Shown piece by piece: positions 30,297 through 41,112 of a DNA stretch of 64,000 nucleotides. The notes beneath the pieces are model-generated. The model was not told the origin of the DNA, ran no database searches, and saw nothing but the letters and a program-made list of their open reading frames with translations. Numbering within the stretch: the first letter of the stretch is position 1; every line of letters begins with the position of its first letter. The stretch is from Candidatus Moraniibacteriota bacterium (lineage in GTDB: Bacteria > Patescibacteriota > Minisyncoccia > Moranbacterales > GCA-2747515), in assembly GCA_046116545.1 (NCBI GenBank), contig CP175956.1, positions 1,170,912 through 1,234,911 on the forward strand, given 5' to 3'. Made by a program: the position numbers and the translations under genes.

Positions 30297-32242
30297 AATA
30301 AACTTTCTCCATCAAAGTCATCTGATGGTTCTATATTTAAAATATTATAAATTGTTGGTACAATATCAACCTGCTCAATATTTGTCCGATTAATTTTTAA
30401 ATTTGTAAAAAATATACCGGGTACAAATTTCTTATCTACCATATGATCACCTGTCCACTGCTTTTCATTATCAGTTATTTCATCAACTGTAAATCCACCT
30501 ATAGCTGTTTTCCAATCAGTTCTATATCCCGGATAATAACCCAAAACAATATCTGGAGCATTATCTAATGCATCTCCATGCCATATTTCAGATGCTTTAT
30601 ATGCTTTATGAATAACTTTTTTTCCTGTTTTTTCATCAGTAATTTGCTCCAATTCTGAAATAATTTCTTCAATTAATTCTTCTTTGTCATCAACAATTCC
30701 ATTACTTTCTCTCCCAACTTGATTTATATATATTGCATTAAAGCCAATAGAATACGCCTTTGTTTTACTCCAATCAACGTATTCAAATAAAGACCCATCA
30801 TCTTTTTCTGTAATATCTTTATCTAATGTCATCAAATCATTATTTTTTAACCAAGTGTTTACATTTAACCCTCTTTCAAATGATGTAAAGCCATGATCTG
30901 ATAGAACCATCATTGCAGTATCCTCATCAATATTATTCATCACTTCTCCAATAAATTTATCTTTATTTACATAATATTGTTCTATAACATCATCATACTC
31001 AACTTTATCTGTAGAATTTTCTGCCAAAATAGTATCGGACCAATGCGTATGTTGCAACCTATCTGAAGAATCATATACAAAAGCTAATACTCCAGTATCT
31101 TTTTTTTGAAATTCATCGAATTCTCTCCAAAACATTTTATCACGCTCTTCCTCAATTTGTGCAATATGCTTCAAAAATCCATCTTCAGATAATGCTCCAT
31201 CCATAAGTCCATCAGTTTCCTCTGGCATGCCCAAGGTATAATAAAGTCCAATGTCTTTTGCTATATCAGTTGAATAATTATGCGGATAAGATATTTCAGT
31301 AATTGGATCTTCTGGATCAATTTGCATAGTTGTTACATACATCTGAAATGGTTCCATACTTTGCAAATAAGCTCTCCAAATACCACTTTTTTTACTAAAA
31401 AAATTAATATCAAATGAAGATTTCATCCAATCCGTCCATTCACCAATTGAAATTTCTTTTTCTATCTTTCCATTTATAATTTTAACTGTTTTATCATTTA
31501 CTTTTTCTAACGTTATTGGAGCTGTTATATCTTTTACTTCCCCACCCTGCATGCTTCTCGGACCATACACAATAGTATCAACAGTACCTTCTGACAAGTT
31601 TACTCTTATGATTTTATTAGACTCCTTTTCTGATTCAAACTCATTCTCGGTGTATAAAGAATACCCACTCAAAAATCCTTTTACATCTGGTACTCCTAAT
31701 CCTGCTAATGATTTGCCATTAAAATTTTCAGATGGAAATGTCATTGGCCACTTAACAACGGTTGAAGAAATACCTTTTTCTCCAATTTTTTTCCAAAAAG
31801 GCTCTTTTTTTATAAAAGAAGAGTATCTTGTTCCATTAAAAGTGTTTTCAGACTCAAATAATCCAAGAACCGGCATGTATGTATCGGGATTACGTCTGAT
31901 GAAGTCAAATATATTATGTTTTCCTGCATTTACTCCAGTGGCAATTGTAGTCCAAGCAACTGGACTCTGTGGTGGAAAAACTGTTTGCAATTCTGTACCC
32001 AATCCACTATCTGCCAATTTTTTAAAGTTTGGCATTTTGTCATCCTCCATAAGAGAATTAACTATTTTTGGATCCATTCCATCAATACCAATTAGTAAAA
32101 CTTTATTATATTCAGTATTTTTTACCATTTGTTTTTTGTTACAAAAATTTAAACATATAAATACTATACCAATCATAATAATAAATCCCATAAGAAAACT
32201 TATTATATGTGGTTTTTTTATTTTACTCATTCCATGAAACAT
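30293..32242 (-). CDS. Membrane-anchored alkaline-phosphatase-superfamily (NPP/phosphodiesterase-type) protein
   Basis: IGIDGMDP, PPQSPVAWTTIATG..GKHNIFDF, DRLQH, LSDHGF, WTGDH, DIVPTI. Confidence 0.9.
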   Translation of the reverse strand: MFHGMSKIKKPHIISFLMGFIIMIGIVFICLNFCNKKQMVKNTEYNKVLLIGIDGMDPKIVNSLMEDDKMPNFKKLADSGLGTELQTVFPPQSPVAWTTIATGVNAGKHNIFDFIRRNPDTYMPVLGLFESENTFNGTRYSSFIKKEPFWKKIGEKGISSTVVKWPMTFPSENFNGKSLAGLGVPDVKGFLSGYSLYTENEFESEKESNKIIRVNLSEGTVDTIVYGPRSMQGGEVKDITAPITLEKVNDKTVKIINGKIEKEISIGEWTDWMKSSFDINFFSKKSGIWRAYLQSMEPFQMYVTTMQIDPEDPITEISYPHNYSTDIAKDIGLYYTLGMPEETDGLMDGALSEDGFLKHIAQIEEERDKMFWREFDEFQKKDTGVLAFVYDSSDRLQHTHWSDTILAENSTDKVEYDDVIEQYYVNKDKFIGEVMNNIDEDTAMMVLSDHGFTSFERGLNVNTWLKNNDLMTLDKDITEKDDGSLFEYVDWSKTKAYSIGFNAIYINQVGRESNGIVDDKEELIEEIISELEQITDEKTGKKVIHKAYKASEIWHGDALDNAPDIVLGYYPGYRTDWKTAIGGFTVDEITDNEKQWTGDHMVDKKFVPGIFFTNLKINRTNIEQVDIVPTIYNILNIEPSDDFDGESLL

Positions 32243-32251
32243 AATTCACAC

Positions 32252-32536
32252 CTATATAAAAAATGAAATACAAATCCATACAATACCAATTAAAACTAAT
32301 ACTGCTAATATAATTATTAATTTTCCAAATACATTCCAGTTCCAAAGTTTTTTAATTTTCATCAATGTTGCAACAGCAAGGCTCCCAAAAAATGCAAATA
32401 CCAATCCAATTCCAGCACCAAGTCCTCCAACAACACTCCCAGCTGTTCCAGGGTCAATGTAGGCATACACACTTTGTACTTGCACAGCAGTTACTATTAC
32501 CAACGATAAACACAGACTTATATACTTCATATTCAC
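32252..32536 (-). CDS. Small secreted/membrane protein with a YIDPG motif after the signal peptide
   Basis: Signal peptide VYA|YIDPGTAGS followed by two hydrophobic helices. Confidence 0.75.
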   Translation of the reverse strand: MNMKYISLCLSLVIVTAVQVQSVYAYIDPGTAGSVVGGLGAGIGLVFAFFGSLAVATLMKIKKLWNWNVFGKLIIILAVLVLIGIVWICISFFI

Positions 32537-32544
32537 TTTTTATT

Positions 32545-33999
32545 TTATTTAAGATACCCTAATGACTTTAATATCTGGATTTCCTCTTCTGTTAATTTTA
32601 TCTCTTCATTTGTTATATTTCCAGCCTTAAGCATCAACTCTAACTGATCAATCATTGCAGTTGCTATTTCTGGATTTCCTTCTAAAACATTCTCATCTTC
32701 ACCATTATTCATATCATATAATACATACTCTATTTCTTCTACATCATTCACAGAATTCACAAATCGAATCAACTTCCATTCATCCGTTCGTAGTGTAGCT
32801 CGCAATCCCTTACCAAACTTCTTTTTGCCATTATTAATTTTCTGTTTTTTACCAGCTTTTGCCTCTACCAATTCATTTTCTACATATTTTAATATACTAA
32901 ATGTAAAATCATTTATTTTTGCAACTTCTCCATTTATAAGTGGCACTAAACTACTTCCCTCAACCTCTTTTGGTACATCTATACTTAACATATCCAAAAT
33001 TGTAGGTAAGATATCTATTGATTGAGTTAACTCCTCAACCTCTTCTCCAATATATTTATTTGCTGGATTATATATTACTAATGGAACATGTATTTCTTCA
33101 TCATAAACTGTCTGATAATGCCCTCTAGTTAATTGATTTGGTGTATTAGGTGCAAATAAACCTTTTTCATGTTCTCCAAAAGCTTCCCCGTGATCTGAAG
33201 TTATAACTATGATAGTTTTATCATCAATTTTCAACTCTCGCAATAGCTCAATTATACGGTTAAATTGATAGTCCACATGTTTAATTTCACCATCATAACG
33301 TCTTTGCATATACAAAAACTTATCAAATTCTTCTTCAGGACTATCTGGATAAACATATTCTGCAGGTGGCTTGTATGGATCATGAGGATCCCAATAATGA
33401 ATCCATGTAAAAAATTTACGCTCACTATTATCTTGTATCCATGTAATCGCCTTATCAGTTACTTCTTGTGCTGTATTATCCTTTCTCGCTGCAGGTGTTA
33501 AGTCAATCATATCGAACCCAGGCACCAAACTGTGTACCATTTTACTCCCCATAAATGCAATTGTTGCATAATGATTTTCTTTTAAGATTTTTGCAATAAA
33601 AGGCAAATCTGTATCATCCGGCCCACCATCTTCTATAGGTATTCCTGGAGAGTAATGTTTATGTGTATGAGGATATGTACCACTCATGATAGACCAATGC
33701 GATGTTGGTGTGTATGGCATCTGTACAAAATTATTTTTAAATAGAATGCCCTTTTTTGCTAATTTATCAATTAAAGTTGTCGTGTCCCTATCATAACCAT
33801 ACGAAGAAAAATGATCTGCTCTAGTTGTATCCATTGTAACTAAAATTACATTGCAATCTTCACATGACTCTCTCACAACGTCCATGATATCAGACTCTTT
33901 TTTTGGTAGCACCTCTCTACTATAAAAGATTACTACTGTGATTATTAATAAGATAACAACTGCAATAATTGATTTTTTTTCTTTTACTTGAATTTTCAT
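32545..33999 (-). CDS. Membrane-anchored sulfatase-like protein (AlkP superfamily), Thr at the nucleophile position
   Basis: NVILVTMDTTRADH, PYTPTSHWSIMSG, HYWDPHDPY, YDGEI, TSDHGE, DILPTILD, C-terminal LKSLGY. Confidence 0.9.
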   Translation of the reverse strand: MKIQVKEKKSIIAVVILLIITVVIFYSREVLPKKESDIMDVVRESCEDCNVILVTMDTTRADHFSSYGYDRDTTTLIDKLAKKGILFKNNFVQMPYTPTSHWSIMSGTYPHTHKHYSPGIPIEDGGPDDTDLPFIAKILKENHYATIAFMGSKMVHSLVPGFDMIDLTPAARKDNTAQEVTDKAITWIQDNSERKFFTWIHYWDPHDPYKPPAEYVYPDSPEEEFDKFLYMQRRYDGEIKHVDYQFNRIIELLRELKIDDKTIIVITSDHGEAFGEHEKGLFAPNTPNQLTRGHYQTVYDEEIHVPLVIYNPANKYIGEEVEELTQSIDILPTILDMLSIDVPKEVEGSSLVPLINGEVAKINDFTFSILKYVENELVEAKAGKKQKINNGKKKFGKGLRATLRTDEWKLIRFVNSVNDVEEIEYVLYDMNNGEDENVLEGNPEIATAMIDQLELMLKAGNITNEEIKLTEEEIQILKSLGYLK

Positions 34000-34085
34000 A
34001 TCGCTTCAAAAAATGTTTATTATTTTGTATTAATCAATGATACAGTCTGAATCTATATTTTACAAATAATTTTTAATATATGCCC

Positions 34086-35717
34086 TTATCGTGCACTACT
34101 CTGCTCTTCGTTTGCTACTTGTGGTCTACCAAATATGCTTATTATTATTTTTTTCTTTATAGTTTCAAATTCTTTCATTCCAAATACTGACGTTACTACC
34201 AAGTATGTAATTATTCCAAAACCTCCTGCTATCACTAATTGAACTATTACAGCCCACACAAATTTTAAAGGCAACAAATCTCCCAAAATATTTCTAGTAA
34301 AATATGTAACTATAAATACAACAAAAGTAGAAATAGCTATCTGCATAGCTGTTCTAAGTGTATTTCTATATTCACAATCTTCTACATGTCTATGTAATAT
34401 TACAAACAATAAAGTTGCATTCAAAATGGCAGTTGCTGAAAACGCAACCGCTATAGCATAAATGCCAATTTGTCGTATTAACACTGTTATTACAATTACA
34501 TTAAAAATTTGAGCCCCTATTGCTATATATAACGGTGTCTTTGTGTTTTGCATAGCATAAAAACCTCTTGCTAAAAGAGGGATTACACTCTGAGCAAATA
34601 AACTCACACAAAGTATTCCAAGGACTTGATAAGTTAACGTTGTATCATCTGCATCAAAATGTCCAGCTCCATATACAACCCTTACAATTTGCTCTCTAAG
34701 TACAAAAAATATAATACTGAGTGGCACTGCATAATATAATATCCTACGCAATGTTTGTGATAATATTCCTGCAAATGCTTTAAAGTCCTTTATGGCAAAT
34801 TTATTTGATAACACTGGAAATGCTGCAATTGCAAATGGAACTCCTACTAATCCTAGTACTACACTCTGGATATTTATTGCAAAAGTAAATACTGTAAGGC
34901 TTCCTGCAGCTAATAATGATGCGAAGAAAGTTATTAATAATAATGATATTTGACTTGAAGCACTGGAAAACATCCTCGGCAACATTAACCTTAATATTTT
35001 AATAACATCTTTATTTTTGTATGGATTTTGCTTTAATAACGTAATTTTTACATCAGTAAATCTCACAGCTATTATGTGTATCATAAAATGTAATAACGCT
35101 CCTAAAACAACACCATATGCCAATCCTATCAACCCCATCTTTGGTGCTATTATAGTTGCTCCAATTATTATTCCAATATTATAAAATATAGGAGCTGTTG
35201 AATATAATACAAATCTTCTAAAAGATACTAGCACTCCACCTAAAACTGCACTTGCTGCTAGAAAGATTGGACTTAAAAACATAATTCTTGCAAGATCTAC
35301 TGTCTCTGCCATTTTTTCAGCAGGAAATCCAGGAACAATTACATGCATAAGCGTTGGTGCAAATATTATCCCAATAATTGACATTACCACCATAGCAGAA
35401 ACAACTACAGCAAACACATCACTAACAGCTTTCCACGCTCTATCTTTATTATCTTCCGTTATAAGCTTGCTAAATACTGGTATAAAAGCAGCACCCAATG
35501 CACCCATAACTAATAGCTCAAATGTTAGATCAGGAAGCCTAAATGCAGCGTAATAAATATCCAAATCATCACCAGCACCATAATGAGATGCTAATATTCT
35601 ATCCCTCACAAGACCCAAAATTCTACTAATAATACCAAAAAACGCAACAACCAATGCTCCTGCAGCAATTGATTGTCTTGTTGACTTTGTAACAAATTGT
35701 TTTACATTAGCTATCAT
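34086..35717 (-). CDS. murJ: Lipid II flippase MurJ
   Basis: SRILGLVRDRILA, YYAAFRLPD, GALGAAFIPVF, FYAMQNTKTP; about 14 TM segments. Confidence 0.95.
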   Translation of the reverse strand: MIANVKQFVTKSTRQSIAAGALVVAFFGIISRILGLVRDRILASHYGAGDDLDIYYAAFRLPDLTFELLVMGALGAAFIPVFSKLITEDNKDRAWKAVSDVFAVVVSAMVVMSIIGIIFAPTLMHVIVPGFPAEKMAETVDLARIMFLSPIFLAASAVLGGVLVSFRRFVLYSTAPIFYNIGIIIGATIIAPKMGLIGLAYGVVLGALLHFMIHIIAVRFTDVKITLLKQNPYKNKDVIKILRLMLPRMFSSASSQISLLLITFFASLLAAGSLTVFTFAINIQSVVLGLVGVPFAIAAFPVLSNKFAIKDFKAFAGILSQTLRRILYYAVPLSIIFFVLREQIVRVVYGAGHFDADDTTLTYQVLGILCVSLFAQSVIPLLARGFYAMQNTKTPLYIAIGAQIFNVIVITVLIRQIGIYAIAVAFSATAILNATLLFVILHRHVEDCEYRNTLRTAMQIAISTFVVFIVTYFTRNILGDLLPLKFVWAVIVQLVIAGGFGIITYLVVTSVFGMKEFETIKKKIIISIFGRPQVANEEQSSAR

Positions 35718-35778
35718 CTTTGATAATTCTATAATACTGTATAACTATATAGCGTTTTACCCACTAAATCAACCATTA

Positions 35779-38208
35779 TTAACCCTCTCTAAATACTACT
35801 CCGTGATATCTATCTATTTTCAAATCATTTTTCATAATATCATCATCACTTGAATTCCACACCTCTGCAAAACTATCATGTAATTTTACATTACTCTCAA
35901 TTATAGATCTCTCACTACCAGACTGTTTCTGAAATAGTACTGCATATGACCCAAATTTTCCAAATTCATCCGACTCAAAATCAACACGAAATGGCAATCT
36001 ATATTTATATGTTACTGTCACACTTTCCTGTGGAGATACATACACCCAATTAGCAAACACTGTTTTTCCATGTTCATCATAAATTCTAGTACCAGTTTCT
36101 TTATCTATATAGATACCATTTTCTTCTCTTTCTACATCAGGATCTCTTTCATAACCCAATTCATCATAATTTAATCGCTCCTCATTAATCTCCCTAGTGT
36201 GACCTTCCACTGATATAAATTCAGAACCTTTTGGAACATAAATTCTCATATAATTGGAATTAACAGCGTCCCACCAAGGAAATCCTGTTTTACCACCTTC
36301 ATGTACTCTACGCACTTGTACAGTATTTATAATATAACCATAACCATCTATCTCAGCTGTATGTTTAATTGTTTCATCTATAACCCCATCAGTTTTAAAC
36401 CCATTTATATTTGTATTTATCACACTCAAATAATCTTTATCTGTTTGTAAAATAGATCCACTCCAACCCTTATCTTCAATAATATTTTGCACCTCCTCAT
36501 CAGACATATAAATCATAATATGTCGCTCCTTTAATCCACTAGACACGGCTTCGATTAATTTTGATAAATTTTTTGGATTTTCTCTATTTGATAATTTTTC
36601 TATTAATATTGGCATTAAATCTGATAATACTTTCTTTGGCTGCTTTTGTGCTTCCTCATCTTCATTTAATTCATTGACTGAAATCTTTAAACTCTCATTT
36701 TCAATATCATCTACACTATCAACATTTACTTCTTTATTATTATCACTTTTTGATTTATAGTTTTCTTCATCCTCTACCTCATCTTGCATTACCTCCATAA
36801 AATTATTACTCGTCAAAATCATTTCATACTGTGGTAACGCTATTGGTCCTGTGATTTCTAAAAATTTTTCCATCATAACAGGTGTGATAGTTATAACACC
36901 ATCAACTGTTGGACCACCTGTTCTTTCATAAAAATCCATTGCTTTTTTTGCTGACAACGGAAAATCAACAAACCAGTTACTATCATGCATGCTCCAATTG
37001 GCTGATATTTTTTGTATTGGCAACGGGGGTACAATTCTATCCATCAATTGACCATCTGGATTGTATATATCATCAACTATAATCTTCTCTATATGACCAT
37101 TCTTCATTTTCAAAATGCCATAACTACCTATAAAACCTCCCGTGGCTCTCATCTCATGGTTATTTTGGAATAAAAATAAATATGTTTTTTGTCCATTTGC
37201 TCCCAATAATGTCTCTATTGCACCTCTAGATTCAACAGCTTCATTCAATGATTTTGCAACAATCGGTAATGTTTCTTTCATTTGCACAAATGTCTCTCTA
37301 TACTCACTTGGAACATCATCTAAATGAACTTGAGCTATATGTTCATTTGCTTTTGTAATATCATCATTAGCAATTTCCATCCTATCAGCCAGCATGCTAT
37401 ATAATTTCAAAAAAGAAATATGTGCACCATCAACAGATACAATTGGATTATCTGAGCCTATAACCTCTGGAATTACAGAATGAAAGGCTGTTGCAGTATG
37501 TGTCAAATATTTTCCAGCCTCTATTATATGATTTCCACTTGATAATTTTGAGGCTCCTGGTATAAACTGTGATATAAATGTCGCAAATCTATTTATTTTA
37601 TTCATTTCTTCGGATGCAAATAGAAATTCATCATGAGCATTTTTCAATTCTTCTCCAGAACTATCAAAATCACTAACACTTAACCCAGCTGCTGCTACCT
37701 TAATCGAATCTATAGCCCTCTTACCAGCTCCATCTATACGATTTTTTACAGCCCATGCTGTTCCAATGAATAAAAAACTACTCATAATAAAAACGAATGC
37801 TACTGCAACAATAGCAAATCGAGATGATATATATTTTGACATTATCACACTATTTTGTGAAAAAATTGGCAAATCTGACAAAGTAAATGTTGCGTATTTT
37901 TCTTCAGTTTCTTGATTATCTGACTCAAATTTAATTTGGTCATCTTCTTTGTTATCAATCTTTATGCTTTCATTCGCATAATTTTCTTCAGAATCCATTT
38001 CTGAATTTGCTCCCATTGCAACATCGTATTGCGTTGCCCCTATTGCACTATCTTCAAAATCATTTAAATGTTCAACATCATAACGCATCCCTAATTCATA
38101 CACATGATACTCATTATCTTTATTTTCTTGTGTGCCAAAATCAGATGACTGAACATCTTTATTAAAATTATTTTCAACTTTATTTTGTTTTGATACTACA
38201 CCATCCAT
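35779..38208 (-). CDS. DUF4012 domain protein
   Basis: YLFLFQNNHEMRATGGFIGSY, DSNWFVDFPLSA, DGVI, YMRIYVPKGS, QKQSG. Confidence 0.9.
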   Translation of the reverse strand: MDGVVSKQNKVENNFNKDVQSSDFGTQENKDNEYHVYELGMRYDVEHLNDFEDSAIGATQYDVAMGANSEMDSEENYANESIKIDNKEDDQIKFESDNQETEEKYATFTLSDLPIFSQNSVIMSKYISSRFAIVAVAFVFIMSSFLFIGTAWAVKNRIDGAGKRAIDSIKVAAAGLSVSDFDSSGEELKNAHDEFLFASEEMNKINRFATFISQFIPGASKLSSGNHIIEAGKYLTHTATAFHSVIPEVIGSDNPIVSVDGAHISFLKLYSMLADRMEIANDDITKANEHIAQVHLDDVPSEYRETFVQMKETLPIVAKSLNEAVESRGAIETLLGANGQKTYLFLFQNNHEMRATGGFIGSYGILKMKNGHIEKIIVDDIYNPDGQLMDRIVPPLPIQKISANWSMHDSNWFVDFPLSAKKAMDFYERTGGPTVDGVITITPVMMEKFLEITGPIALPQYEMILTSNNFMEVMQDEVEDEENYKSKSDNNKEVNVDSVDDIENESLKISVNELNEDEEAQKQPKKVLSDLMPILIEKLSNRENPKNLSKLIEAVSSGLKERHIMIYMSDEEVQNIIEDKGWSGSILQTDKDYLSVINTNINGFKTDGVIDETIKHTAEIDGYGYIINTVQVRRVHEGGKTGFPWWDAVNSNYMRIYVPKGSEFISVEGHTREINEERLNYDELGYERDPDVEREENGIYIDKETGTRIYDEHGKTVFANWVYVSPQESVTVTYKYRLPFRVDFESDEFGKFGSYAVLFQKQSGSERSIIESNVKLHDSFAEVWNSSDDDIMKNDLKIDRYHGVVFREG

Positions 38209-38211
38209 ATT

Positions 38212-39336
38212 TTAAATTTTGTTTGTATATATATCATGTATTTCTTGTGCCATTTTTTGCCAAGAATATTTTTTTGCATTCTTATAACCATCTTGCACTA
38301 GTCTTTTTCTTAACTCATTATCATTAGAAATAGTTTTCATCGCATCTGCAAATTCTTCTACATTCTCCACATCACAATATAATGCACCATTATCAGATAA
38401 TATTTCTCTCATACATGCATGTTCTGATGAAAGAACTGGAACACTCAGCAACTGCGCTTCTAATGGAGGAAGTCCAAATCCTTCATACAACGAAGGAAAT
38501 ACAAAAAATTCAGATTCTTTGTATAAAGCAAATAGCATTTTGTCAGTAACTGTACTCAATATATTAACGCCTTTCACATCATATTTGTTAATATATAATT
38601 TTAATTCATTGTAAAAATAATCATTCTTACCCACTAAAATCAATTCTTTAACTGTACCACCAGATTTAACATATTTATCAAATGCATCTACTAATTTGTA
38701 CAGATTTTTATGAGGATACGCATTACCAACATAAAGCATGTACTTATTCATTATACCATACTTTTTTATAATACTCTCACTATCTTTTATATCAGTATCC
38801 ACAATTTCAGCAGATTCCTTCACTACGTCAATCTTGTCGCAAGCAAATTCATATTTATTGCAAATATCTGACTTTGTAAATTCTGATACAGCAATAATTC
38901 TGCTAGCTCTAGTAATTGCACTAAATATTACAAACCTATACATAATGTATTTAATCCAATATACAAATGCATTACGAGTTGATGCTTTTTTTGTATGATG
39001 ATACAACAATATAAGATCATGTATGGTAACCATAAATTTACCAAAATACAAAACCGGTACATTAAAATGCGGAAAATGTACAAAATCACATTTTTGTTTA
39101 TACAGTACAAATGGGAAAAATATTTGTTCAGCAAAAGAATACCACCGATAATCTGCTTTTACTTTTGTGAATTTTTTATTTTTAGGAACATATTCATCAA
39201 AATTATTTTCACGTAAAAAAATAACATATTCATTTTCACAATCAACGTCCTCTAAGTGTTCTATTAATTTTTGAGTATACCTACCAAGTCCCTTACTGTC
39301 AGGACCAAAGAAACGTGCATCTATTCCAATTTTCAT
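38212..39336 (-). CDS. Glycosyltransferase family 4
   Basis: KIGIDAR, TIHDL, GNAYPHKN, FPSLYEGFGLPPLEA. Confidence 0.95.
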   Translation of the reverse strand: MKIGIDARFFGPDSKGLGRYTQKLIEHLEDVDCENEYVIFLRENNFDEYVPKNKKFTKVKADYRWYSFAEQIFFPFVLYKQKCDFVHFPHFNVPVLYFGKFMVTIHDLILLYHHTKKASTRNAFVYWIKYIMYRFVIFSAITRASRIIAVSEFTKSDICNKYEFACDKIDVVKESAEIVDTDIKDSESIIKKYGIMNKYMLYVGNAYPHKNLYKLVDAFDKYVKSGGTVKELILVGKNDYFYNELKLYINKYDVKGVNILSTVTDKMLFALYKESEFFVFPSLYEGFGLPPLEAQLLSVPVLSSEHACMREILSDNGALYCDVENVEEFADAMKTISNDNELRKRLVQDGYKNAKKYSWQKMAQEIHDIYTNKI

Positions 39337-39362
39337 ATAATTAAATTATACCAAAATTATGA

Positions 39363-40502
39363 TTACATTTCCATACATTTCATAAATATAAATGAAGAAT
39401 CTTTCCATTGGGTTTCTCCTATTTGCTTTTCTCCAACATTTAAGACTTCACTTATTTTTTTATCTATGATTGAAAATTTCATAGCATCTTTTAGCTCATC
39501 TGGACGCATTGGGTTTATCATTATTGCGTTTTTACCAATGACTTCTGGTAAAGACGTTGTATTTGAAGCTATTACGGGTGTTCCACACGCCAATGATTCT
39601 AATGGCGGAAATCCAAAGCCTTCAAAAAATGAAGGATATATGAACAATGAAGCCAGAACATACAGTGATTCTTTTTCTTCTTCTGGCACATCTGTTATAA
39701 AAATAATATCATTAACATATTTTGATTTATTTGCTGTATCATATATATTTTCACTCTTCCAACCATTTGCTCCAGCTATCACCAATTTATGAGTAATTTG
39801 TTTATTCTCAAATCTCAATTTATCATACGCTCTTATGATATTTGCTATATTCTTTCGAGGCTCTATTGTTCCAAAATATAAAATAAATTTATACGGAAGA
39901 TTATATTTTTCTTTTACATCTATCATTTCTAAGGCATTTCTATCGATTTTTCCACTTATAAGTGATTGTCCATTTAGTGTTACACTGACCTTTTTTTTAT
40001 CAATGCCATATGTCTGACACACATCAACTTTAGTAGCTTCTGACACTACAAAAATATGCTCAGCACAACTAGCTATTAATCTGGAATTTACAAAAAAATG
40101 CCAAAAACTACGTTTCCACGAAAATGTAGTTTCAAAATGTTCAAATGACAAATCATGAATTGTAAGAAATAAGGGAACGCTACATGACACAGCATAAAAA
40201 TTGCTATTTGGCATAAAAAATCTATCAACACCACCGCATAGCTTATCCAACCTAGGATAATTCAGAAACCACATACTTAAATTTAATAACTTATTTGGAA
40301 TTGCATATTTTTTTACAGTTACATTCTCATATTTTGTTGCCCAAGAAAAATCAATATCAACATTTTTCCACGCATTAAAAAAAAGAATATATTCATTATT
40401 CCTATCAAGTTCAAAAATAGCAGTTAATGCTTTTTTTGAGTACTCTTCAATTCCTGTGTTTTTCCCTCTAGCAAAACACCTAACATCTATGCCTATGCGC
40501 AT
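39363..40502 (-). CDS. Glycosyltransferase family 4
   Basis: TIHDLSF, GTIEPRKN, YPSFFEGFGFPPLES. Confidence 0.95.
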   Translation of the reverse strand: MRIGIDVRCFARGKNTGIEEYSKKALTAIFELDRNNEYILFFNAWKNVDIDFSWATKYENVTVKKYAIPNKLLNLSMWFLNYPRLDKLCGGVDRFFMPNSNFYAVSCSVPLFLTIHDLSFEHFETTFSWKRSFWHFFVNSRLIASCAEHIFVVSEATKVDVCQTYGIDKKKVSVTLNGQSLISGKIDRNALEMIDVKEKYNLPYKFILYFGTIEPRKNIANIIRAYDKLRFENKQITHKLVIAGANGWKSENIYDTANKSKYVNDIIFITDVPEEEKESLYVLASLFIYPSFFEGFGFPPLESLACGTPVIASNTTSLPEVIGKNAIMINPMRPDELKDAMKFSIIDKKISEVLNVGEKQIGETQWKDSSFIFMKCMEM

Positions 40503-40505
40503 AAT

Positions 40506-41108
40506 TTATTTATCATCTATCATATAATGCCTTATCATAACAGCCCAAAATGCCACAAAAAATCCCAAAAATAAACTAACTCCAAAAATAAATATTAATG
40601 ACTTATTAGCATTCTCAGTTATTGGCTCACTACCCAAAATCACAAACCAATTTTCTTGATCCTGTTTTTGATTTAATTTTTGGGATTCCTCGTTTAATAA
40701 AATTACTAATTTTTTGGAAACGTTTTTTGCATCTTTTTTGGAAAAAGTTACAAATTCCACATTCACAACCTGTGATGAAAGTCTTTTAGCATCAAACTTC
40801 TTTTTATTAAAAAGCATGCTATTTGTATCAATTTCATCAAATACATTTACAATAATGTGCGGAGCTTGAATCCATCTAACTACAGTATCCGCAAATCGCT
40901 CATCCGCTTGCAATCTATAAAAATCATCATAAGAATATTCTTTTACTTTTACTGACACATCTCTAGTTATGTTCAATGTCAATATAGTTTTATAAGTTTG
41001 TGTTTGAGTAAAATAAAAAATACTTCCAATAATTAAGAAAATAGCTATTATACCAAAAAATAACTTCTTATGTATTTGAAACATTTTAAAAAATTCTTTT
41101 AACTCCAT
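40506..41108 (-). CDS. Wzz/CapA-like chain-length determinant
   Basis: MELKEFFK start, N- and C-terminal TM helices, located in the glycosyltransferase cluster. Confidence 0.7.
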   Translation of the reverse strand: MELKEFFKMFQIHKKLFFGIIAIFLIIGSIFYFTQTQTYKTILTLNITRDVSVKVKEYSYDDFYRLQADERFADTVVRWIQAPHIIVNVFDEIDTNSMLFNKKKFDAKRLSSQVVNVEFVTFSKKDAKNVSKKLVILLNEESQKLNQKQDQENWFVILGSEPITENANKSLIFIFGVSLFLGFFVAFWAVMIRHYMIDDK

Positions 41109-41112
41109 AAAT

